Of a stretch of 34,300 nt of DNA, positions 25,461-32,587 are shown in pieces. The first letter of the stretch is position 1. Each line of letters begins with the position of its first letter. A program made the translations under genes and the position numbers. This DNA is from Sodaliphilus sp. GTDB lineage: Bacteria > Bacteroidota > Bacteroidia > Bacteroidales > Muribaculaceae. The notes under the pieces are model-generated. The model was not told the DNA's origin and made no database searches. It saw nothing but the letters and a program-made list of their open reading frames with translations. Where the stretch lies: positions 1 through 34,300 of the forward strand of contig DAIREJ010000003.1 in the NCBI GenBank assembly GCA_036795635.1, read 5' to 3'.

Positions 25461-26288
25461 TCAGGGGTTAGTTGGTTTCATTTGATAGACGATATCGCGC
25501 AAGCTGGCGGCCTGTTTCTTAGGCGCACGGGTGTCCAACGAAGTCCAAGGAATGGGATTACCGATGATGGCATGCAGTGTAGCGCCGCTCTGCTTGAGCA
25601 TCTCCTTGGGCAAGAAAATGAGTTCTACGTTGAACTTGATGCCCAAGCGCTTGCGCCACTTAGCAAAGCGGTAAAAGAACTTGGAATTGCGAGCATCAAA
25701 ATAGACGGGGACGATATCGCGCTTGTAATTCGCTGCATGAAGGACGGCAGCCTTTTGCCACGTCAGGTCGGCAATCGTGCCGTCGGGCTGCATGCGTGAA
25801 CACAAACCGGCAGGGAATGTGATGAATTGGGCATCGCTCGACAAGGCTTCCTCGATTTGAGCAGCAGCGTCACGCGACTGTTTGCCGTATTTGTTCACCG
25901 GCAGGAAAACGCCACGCAAGGGCTCCACGGCCATGAGCAAGTCATTGACCAGGAACTTGATGCGATGGTTGTAGCGGTTGCCCAACAACGAGATGAGCGC
26001 CAAACCGTCAAGTCCACCCAGCGGGTGATTGGACACGAACATGTAGTGGCCATCCTGCAAGCGGTCCAGCCCAGTTGCCTCAATGGTAATGTCCATCTCG
26101 TCGAGTGCGGCAGTTGCAGCATCCACGCTGTTCTTCCCTGCCATCTTCTCAAGGATGGTGTTGAGCCTGTCCTGGCAGATGGTGCGCTCCAACCAGCGAA
26201 TGACAAATCGGGGAATGCGGCGATAATGCTTGGGGAGACGTTCCCTAAGCACCTTGTCCACATCAATTCTCATCGGTTGGTCACTCAT
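25461..26288 (-). CDS. PlsC-family acyltransferase, GlsA-like O-acyltransferase
   Basis: SNHPLGGLDG (HxxxxD), FPAGLCSR and DIVPVYF motifs; start MSDQPM at 26288. Confidence 0.85.
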   Translation of the reverse strand: MSDQPMRIDVDKVLRERLPKHYRRIPRFVIRWLERTICQDRLNTILEKMAGKNSVDAATAALDEMDITIEATGLDRLQDGHYMFVSNHPLGGLDGLALISLLGNRYNHRIKFLVNDLLMAVEPLRGVFLPVNKYGKQSRDAAAQIEEALSSDAQFITFPAGLCSRMQPDGTIADLTWQKAAVLHAANYKRDIVPVYFDARNSKFFYRFAKWRKRLGIKFNVELIFLPKEMLKQSGATLHAIIGNPIPWTSLDTRAPKKQAASLRDIVYQMKPTNP

Positions 26289-26318
26289 AGTTTTGCGGTT
26301 ATGGTTGGAATAAACACA

Positions 26319-26396
26319 CAAAGTTATACATTTTGGTCGAAAATGAAAAGCCTGACACGAAAAATTTGCCCATAAGCCTGAAATGTCCTAATTTTG
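26319..26396. promoter_or_regulatory. Divergent promoter pair
   Basis: TAACTTTG on the minus strand (26319-26326); on the plus strand TTTG (26365-26368), 20 nt spacer, TAATTTTG (26389-26396). Confidence 0.7.
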
Positions 26397-26423
26397 TAAT
26401 GTCAAAGTGATACGGAATAAGCC

Positions 26424-27917
26424 ATGGACCAATCTCGATTATCCATACCAAGATTATTGCTGCTGGTGGCTGAGGTGGTGGCCTTTGTCATCCTCGGTAT
26501 CGTGGCTTGTAATCACTTCGGCTGGTCGGACGGCGCAAAAATCACCGCGGCGTTCACCGTGGCCTATGCTGTCCCGAGTTTCATTCTGGAGCGGGCGCGC
26601 GGCACTTCATTGGCAGCGCGGGTCATCCTGTTCCTTTTGGCGCTGCTGCTCATCTATACTGATTACGGACGCCTGGTTTACAGCTCCAGTTTTGAGGGCT
26701 ACTCGCTCGCCTTTCCCAAACTGAGGGGCGACGACTATCTTTACTATAAGTATGCCCTCAGCCTGTATGACAGCAGCGTGCAATGCGATGGCGTGATTTT
26801 CCCTGGCTTATCATGGCTCATGCTGGGATTGTGGAAATTGTTCGGCTTGAGCGAAATATGGCCTTATGCCATGAACATGATGTTCACGCTCACGACAGCC
26901 ACGCTCACGGGAATGACCACACGACGACTGCTCTCGCACCGTGTGAAATCATCTCCCAAGTTCCTTGTCGCAGGCGGTATCCTGCTCACCTGTCTGCTCA
27001 CCTATCACGTCCTGATCGGCTCACGGCTCATTAAGGAAGGTCCCATCAGCCTGGCGATGGCCATGGCAGGTTTCGCTCTGGCGTCGATGGCTACCTGTGA
27101 ACTTGAACGACGACACCTGTGGCGCGACATGGCTTTGTTCACCGCGGCGTGCGTGATAGCAGCGCTGGTGCGCACCACCTATCTCTATTTCATCCTCGTG
27201 GGCCTAGTTATCATGACGTTGCCCCACTGGCGTCGCGACTGGCGCATGGCAGCGGGAATGCTTGCCGTGTTTGTGCTGTCATTCATTTTGGGAAATTACG
27301 TCTCGGCTTATTCCATTGGCCGCCATGCCGAAATCGTCGGCGGCGGATGGAACATGCAGCGGATATTTGTCAGCACCGACTCCCAAGCCTTCTACCGTCA
27401 ACTGCTCAATTACTATTTCCTTTACTCTGTAGGGCACAAACTGCTGATGCTGCCACTCACCCTATCGGTGCAGTTCATCATTCCGTTCCCGTGGGTTTAC
27501 TCCGACACCACACACATCATTACCGTCGTCGCCCGCTTCACCTATGGCTGGTATTTCGTCGGAGGAACGGCTCTTTTCTATTATCTGCGCCTCGCATGGC
27601 GTAGAAGCGAGCGCCTCGGTGCGTGGCCATGGTGGGCAGCGATCTGCTATGCCTGCATCGCCTATATCATGGCTGGCTCGATGGCACGCTATGCCATTCC
27701 CGTCCAGCCGTTGTTCATCCCTGTGGCGATGTATGTGCTGTGCCGCCTGTACGAAGGCCACTGGCGCAAGGCCTATACAACCTGGATGATCATCTTGGTC
27801 ATTCTCCTTACCATCACCCTTCTCCTGTGTCTGGAAATCCAACAAGGCGCGATTTCCAGGATGTTGCACATCCAGCCCCTGCTTCCCATCTTAAATTCAT
27901 GGCTACCTCCAGTCTAA
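26424..27917 (+). CDS. Polytopic membrane protein, probable GT-C fold (Wzy/ligase/glycosyltransferase-like)
   Basis: About 12-13 TM helices; acidic GDD pair in an early external loop, IKE, VR and ARY motifs typical of GT-C enzymes. Confidence 0.55.
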   Translation: MDQSRLSIPRLLLLVAEVVAFVILGIVACNHFGWSDGAKITAAFTVAYAVPSFILERARGTSLAARVILFLLALLLIYTDYGRLVYSSSFEGYSLAFPKLRGDDYLYYKYALSLYDSSVQCDGVIFPGLSWLMLGLWKLFGLSEIWPYAMNMMFTLTTATLTGMTTRRLLSHRVKSSPKFLVAGGILLTCLLTYHVLIGSRLIKEGPISLAMAMAGFALASMATCELERRHLWRDMALFTAACVIAALVRTTYLYFILVGLVIMTLPHWRRDWRMAAGMLAVFVLSFILGNYVSAYSIGRHAEIVGGGWNMQRIFVSTDSQAFYRQLLNYYFLYSVGHKLLMLPLTLSVQFIIPFPWVYSDTTHIITVVARFTYGWYFVGGTALFYYLRLAWRRSERLGAWPWWAAICYACIAYIMAGSMARYAIPVQPLFIPVAMYVLCRLYEGHWRKAYTTWMIILVILLTITLLLCLEIQQGAISRMLHIQPLLPILNSWLPPV

Positions 27918-27944
27918 TGAGCAACTGACGCCCGAAAAGCACAA

Positions 27945-28000
27945 GCCATTTGTCGGTTTTCTTTCGTATTTGGTCGGTAATTGTTGCCACCTTATCGGTT
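27945..28000 (+). promoter_or_regulatory. Three direct repeats with 21-bp period (LytTR-type site candidate)
   Basis: TCGGT cores start at 27953, 27974 and 27995. Confidence 0.55.
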
Positions 28001-28089
28001 TGGCACCTCATGGGGTTAAACCTTCCCTATACCCATAGGTCTAAAAGTCAAAAAGTAACAGACCAAAACCAATAAAAAACTTGACAACA

Positions 28090-28764
28090 ATGAAAAAGAC
28101 TTTACTGATTTCCCTGCTGTGTTTCCTGTTTGTCCTACCGGCAACGGCACAACCCGGCTACCGATACGGACATCCCCGCGTGCAAACCGTGGGCAGGCAT
28201 GGCAATGAATACGTCGCTTGGCACAGTTATTACTTTGGACTGCGATTGGGACTCAACGCGTCCCATGTGAGCAGCGAAAGCCCCATTCTGGACGGTAGCG
28301 GCGTCAAGTCAGGGCTCAACCTGGGCTTCGTCGCAGGAACGCAACTCACCTACCGCGCCCCCTTGTTCTTCGAGACGGGCTTGTACTACAGCCAGAAAGG
28401 CGGCAAGAGCGGCTCGGGGCCCGACAAATTCACCTACGACCTGAACTATCTGGAAGTGCCGCTGCTCATCAAGTACAAGCACTTCGTGGGCAACCAGACA
28501 AGCATACAACCCTATGCCGGCGCTTACCTCGCCTTGGGCACCGACGGCAACATCAAGAACTATGGTTCCCGCACGGCGTTCAGTTCGTATGAAAACGGCT
28601 ATTTCCAGCGCTTTGACGGTGGACTAAAACTCGGCTGCGGCGTGAGCTTCAACATGCTTTATCTGGATGCTAGCTATGACATTGGCCTGGCAAATATCGG
28701 CCAAGACGATTTCGACGATACGCACAATGGTTGCTTTACATTGAACATAGGTGTGAACTTTTAG
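28090..28764 (+). CDS. Outer-membrane beta-barrel, porin/PorT-like (OMP_b-brl_2) family
   Basis: Signal peptide; FGLRLGLN, ETGLYYSQKG, LNYLEVPL, YDIGLANI motifs; C-terminal IGVNF beta-signal. Confidence 0.85.
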   Translation: MKKTLLISLLCFLFVLPATAQPGYRYGHPRVQTVGRHGNEYVAWHSYYFGLRLGLNASHVSSESPILDGSGVKSGLNLGFVAGTQLTYRAPLFFETGLYYSQKGGKSGSGPDKFTYDLNYLEVPLLIKYKHFVGNQTSIQPYAGAYLALGTDGNIKNYGSRTAFSSYENGYFQRFDGGLKLGCGVSFNMLYLDASYDIGLANIGQDDFDDTHNGCFTLNIGVNF

Positions 28765-28793
28765 GCAGTATTCGCCAACGTGATTTCTGGGTG

Positions 28794-28836
28794 TGCGCGT
28801 GTCGCTCTCTTCACACCGGTGGCACGCGCATTTTTT
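28794..28836 (+). terminator. Intrinsic terminator after OMP gene
   Basis: TGCGCGTGTCGC...GTGGCACGCGCA stem followed by TTTTTT. Confidence 0.7.
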
Positions 28837-28878
28837 CACAAACAACAAGAAAATGACTATTGTTTAGCAAAACTTGAG

Positions 28879-28886
28879 TATATTTG
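28879..28886 (+). promoter_or_regulatory. -7 promoter element
   Basis: TATATTTG(CA) 33 nt upstream of the ATG at 28920. Confidence 0.6.
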
Positions 28887-28919
28887 CACATCTATCAATC
28901 ATTCAAATACGTTACAGCT

Positions 28920-29414
28920 ATGAAAAAGATTTACTACTTACTGATGTTGGCTACCCTGTCACTGGGTGTAACTTCATGTGACGACTGGGATTCGCCCTAC
29001 TATGCAGGCGATATCGTGGGTAGCTGGGAAGCCTCTTATGGCTATGACGGATACTTCGAGTATGACATCCTCGGATATGATGTGGTTCGTTATGATTTCT
29101 ACGCAAACTATACGGGACGTTATACCTACTATTCCTACTATGGCCTTTCCTACGTTGATTTCGACTGGGATACCCGTGGCGACAGGCTGTTCATCCGTTA
29201 CTATGACGGCGACTATGAGTACCTGTACTACGGCTTCGACCATTACGGCTACCTGATTCTGTCGCCTAGCAGGCAGTTCTATCAGTACACCGCTTACAGG
29301 CCCACAGTCATGTATTGGGAACAGTTCAAGGACGAGGCGCTCAAGAAAGGCCTGCAGGTGAAGAAAGAGACATCCAAGTCGGTCACCAAAGAGACAGCCA
29401 CTGTTAAGGAGTAA
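28920..29414 (+). CDS. Tyrosine-rich lipoprotein (lipocalin-like start motif)
   Basis: MKK...VTSC lipobox followed by acidic DDWD; IVGSW motif; Lys/Thr/Glu-rich tail. Confidence 0.75.
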   Translation: MKKIYYLLMLATLSLGVTSCDDWDSPYYAGDIVGSWEASYGYDGYFEYDILGYDVVRYDFYANYTGRYTYYSYYGLSYVDFDWDTRGDRLFIRYYDGDYEYLYYGFDHYGYLILSPSRQFYQYTAYRPTVMYWEQFKDEALKKGLQVKKETSKSVTKETATVKE

Positions 29415-29442
29415 TTTTCTCCCAGACCTGACAATACATACA

Positions 29443-29480
29443 AATTGCGCGAGGGGAACATGTGTCACCCTCGCGCAATT
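29443..29480. terminator. Bidirectional intrinsic terminator
   Basis: AATTGCGCGAGGG...CCCTCGCGCAATT perfect 13-bp stem between convergent genes. Confidence 0.85.
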
Positions 29481-29501
29481 ATTTTGGTTCAATCTCTTGG
29501 A

Positions 29502-29927
29502 TTACCAGGTGCCATACACCAGGTAGTTGATCAATGTGGTCAAGTCATCCATCGTAATGCCGCCTTGCAAGTTGCAGTCAGCGCCATTTAGGTCGAGCCC
29601 AGCAGTGTTACCGTACACCAGATAGTTAATCAAAGCGGTCAAATCGTCCATTGTTACATATCCGTCGCCGTTCACGTCACCACGGACAAAGGACGGAGTG
29701 GCCTCATTGGTGAAGTACATATCCTGCACCTCGGCCAAAGCAATCGTCGATGTGCCCTCTACATTGGTGACAATCACGTTACTGGTTGTATAAGTGAGCT
29801 TGAGGCCTTCTACCGAATAGGTCACGGTCGAACCGTTGGTCTTGGTGAACTTCAGGTAGTTATAGGTCTCGGCGCTGGCGACCATCGCCACCAGTGCGAT
29901 CAGCATCGTTATAATCGTCTTTTTCAT
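29502..29927 (-). CDS. Small exported protein with C-terminal type I dockerin
   Basis: Signal peptide MKKTIIT...ASA|E; duplicated Ca-binding segments GDVNGDGYVTMDDLTALINYL and ADCNLQGGITMDDLTTLINYL. Confidence 0.85.
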   Translation of the reverse strand: MKKTIITMLIALVAMVASAETYNYLKFTKTNGSTVTYSVEGLKLTYTTSNVIVTNVEGTSTIALAEVQDMYFTNEATPSFVRGDVNGDGYVTMDDLTALINYLVYGNTAGLDLNGADCNLQGGITMDDLTTLINYLVYGTW

Positions 29928-29975
29928 ATTCTTAAGTCTTTTTAATGATGTCATTGTTTATAACTACTTGAGGAA

Positions 29976-32417
29976 TTAAAAGGGGCCGCCGCCACCGCCT
30001 GAATAGTTCGAGAGAGTAACTGACGAGCCACCAGTGGCATTGCTATAACCCTTGCCAGTCCAGAACGATGTGCCGCTTCCAGTCACGCCCTTATAGAGTG
30101 CCGGAGTGGAGGGAGCTGTGACAACCATTGTTTTGGTAGTGGTTTGACCACCGCCGCCAGGCGGCCAACCGCCTCCGCCTCCGCCTTGAGATGAGAAGGT
30201 AGGCGTGTAGGCTGCAAAGGCTACACTGCTGCCGTTATAGAGCGCATACCAGGTGTTGGCGCTCACTGTGGCCTGCTTGCAGGTCTGGCTGAGTTGAGCA
30301 CCGCTCTCAATGGCGCCCATACTGCCTCCAATGCACATGAAGCAGGCACCACTCTGTACATAAACTGTGTAATGTTCCTCGCTATTGGCGTCAAAGCCCT
30401 CTTCGCTACCGCAGCAGAAGATTTTACCACCGCTGATGTACATGTTGCCGTTGGAATCAATGGCATCATTGGCGGTAGCTACTGCATAGATGTAGCCGCC
30501 CTGCAAGTACATGTGCGATGCGCTGTTGAGTGCGTCGTCATAGGTGGTAGCCTCAATATAGCCACCATTGATGGTCATGATGCCCTTGGACTCAATACCC
30601 TCAGCACCTGTCTCTTGACCGCCGTTACCACCGGTTGTGGTCACCTTGATGGTGCCGCCGTTGATGGTCAGATTACCCTCACTGCGAATAGCCTTGGGTG
30701 AGGAGTGCGTGTCACTGTTGTCTTGGCCACCGCCAGGCCAGTGACCGCCACCGCCGCTGCTGGTCGTACCGTAACGGCCGCCAGTGGTAGATACGGTGAT
30801 GTTACCGTCATTGATGGTGAGTGTGCCATCCACGTTAATGCCCTTGTCACCTGCGCCAGTGGCGTTGAGGTTGAAGGTACCGCCGTCGATGACCATATTG
30901 CCGTCGCACTTCAGGCCTGCGCTGGCGGCCGTCGTCTGGTCGCTGGCAGTCTCGCCGCCACCGCTAACGGTGCCGCTGATGTTACCGCCCGTGATGTGCA
31001 GGTCGCCCTCACACTTGACAGCCTTGCTGGCAGGACCGGTAACGGTATAGTTGATAGTACCGCCCGTGATGTCCATATTGCCCAGGCTCTTGATGCCGTG
31101 GTCATAGGTGTTCAGCGTCAGCGTACCGGCACTGATGAGTGCGGTGCCCTCGCTGTAAACGCCGATAGCCTCGTCCTTAGTGGTCGTGCATTTGAAGTTG
31201 GCGCCGTTCAAGATAAAGGCATAGTCGGCCTTAGCGCAACGCACGCTGCTGGTGTCAACGGTGCTGTAAGCCCAGTCGGCGCCCGAGCAGTTCAGCGTGA
31301 TGGTACCGGCGGTAGCGGTCATCGTGCTGTCGCACTTCAAGCCGCGCGCACCGTTGCCGGTCATGGTCACGTTAACGATGGCTTCCTCGCCGTTGATGGT
31401 GAGGTTGCGGTCAGTGCCGATGCCTGTAGCCTCCTTGATCTTGCTCTTGTCAGCGTCCCAAACGGGGATACCGCTATGATTGAGCGTCACGGTACCACCC
31501 TGGATGTCAACACTACCCTCAGCCTTGATGCACTTGGTACCAGCCGCACTGCCGTTGATGGTCAGTGTGCCGCCCTTGATCAGGACATGGCCGTCCTCTT
31601 CGGGATTGGCAGTGTCTTCGGCATCCACCTGGATGCCGTCGTCACCGCAACTCTGGATATTGATAGTACCACCATTCATCTGGAAGTACTGAGCAACATT
31701 GATGGCGTCGGCCTCTGAGCTGACGATGGTAATCGTGCCCACGGTCTTCTTCACTTCCATGTACTCGTTGCAGGCCAACGCATGCTTCTTGTTACCCGTG
31801 ATGGTCAACGAGCCGCCCTTGGCGAACTCGGCATGGCCCTTGATGAGGAAGGCGGCCTTCTTGGTGTTGCTGGTGCCGTCCTTCAGGGTGTTGGTCGTGC
31901 CTTCGGCCAGCTGTACGGCGATGCGCTTGCTGTTCTGGATGTTGATGGCGGCGCTGTCGGGGTTGGTCAGGTTAACGCCGTTGAGCGCAAGCGTCATCTT
32001 GTAAGCGCCCGAATGGTAGAAACAACCACTGTTGCTAGTACCCTGCAAGGTGTAGGTGTACTCGGTAGCGACATCGGCGTCCTGCATGACAGCGACGCGT
32101 GCGCCCGTCACCTCAGCGGTGATGTGGTTGGCGATATTACCTGCCACATACACATCGGCCACCGTGTTGTTGTACTTGACAAGGACATTGTCATCGGCAA
32201 ACGTCTCGTTGGCGATTGTCACACTGTCCACATCGGCTAGGGTGAAACCCTTCTCAAGCACGGTGAGCAGGCTGGCCCCTGTATAAGGCATCGTGCCCAC
32301 CGCATCGGTGTTGTAGGCCCAATGCACATGACCCGTGTGAACCCACATCGTCTGCTGCGCATAGCCCAAAACACCAACTACAGCAATCATTGCTGTTAAA
32401 AGGAATCGTTTCTTCAT
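29976..32417 (-). CDS. Cthe_2159 (DUF4353)-like beta-helix carbohydrate-binding protein
   Basis: Signal peptide; LNGVNLTNPDSAAINIQ, GTTNTLKD, DDGIQ, EGIESK, DDALN and NDAIDSNG motifs; repeated I.GGT strands. Confidence 0.85.
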   Translation of the reverse strand: MKKRFLLTAMIAVVGVLGYAQQTMWVHTGHVHWAYNTDAVGTMPYTGASLLTVLEKGFTLADVDSVTIANETFADDNVLVKYNNTVADVYVAGNIANHITAEVTGARVAVMQDADVATEYTYTLQGTSNSGCFYHSGAYKMTLALNGVNLTNPDSAAINIQNSKRIAVQLAEGTTNTLKDGTSNTKKAAFLIKGHAEFAKGGSLTITGNKKHALACNEYMEVKKTVGTITIVSSEADAINVAQYFQMNGGTINIQSCGDDGIQVDAEDTANPEEDGHVLIKGGTLTINGSAAGTKCIKAEGSVDIQGGTVTLNHSGIPVWDADKSKIKEATGIGTDRNLTINGEEAIVNVTMTGNGARGLKCDSTMTATAGTITLNCSGADWAYSTVDTSSVRCAKADYAFILNGANFKCTTTKDEAIGVYSEGTALISAGTLTLNTYDHGIKSLGNMDITGGTINYTVTGPASKAVKCEGDLHITGGNISGTVSGGGETASDQTTAASAGLKCDGNMVIDGGTFNLNATGAGDKGINVDGTLTINDGNITVSTTGGRYGTTSSGGGGHWPGGGQDNSDTHSSPKAIRSEGNLTINGGTIKVTTTGGNGGQETGAEGIESKGIMTINGGYIEATTYDDALNSASHMYLQGGYIYAVATANDAIDSNGNMYISGGKIFCCGSEEGFDANSEEHYTVYVQSGACFMCIGGSMGAIESGAQLSQTCKQATVSANTWYALYNGSSVAFAAYTPTFSSQGGGGGGWPPGGGGQTTTKTMVVTAPSTPALYKGVTGSGTSFWTGKGYSNATGGSSVTLSNYSGGGGGPF

Positions 32418-32469
32418 AAATGTGTAATTTAGTAGTGTTTTGATGTGATTAAAACATGATTAATTGACA

Positions 32470-32477
32470 CAAAACTA
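32470..32477 (-). promoter_or_regulatory. -7 promoter element
   Basis: TAGTTTTG on the minus strand about 53 nt upstream of the ATG at 32417. Confidence 0.55.
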
Positions 32478-32587
32478 TCACACATTATTAGAAAAGCCAA
32501 TTCTTTTCAATCAACCCCTAAAAAAAATCTGCAAACAAGAAACAATGAAACGATTTCCCAGTCCCCTCTCTAATCACTAATCAAAGA

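Noticed and set aside
27945..28000. Periodic repeats as a CRISPR remnant
   Set aside because: The period (21 bp) and conserved core (5 bp) are far too short, and no cas genes are in the window.
28001..28016. TGGCAC as a possible sigma-54 -24 box (also at 28820)
   Set aside because: No TTGC -12 element at the required spacing; the second instance is part of a terminator stem.
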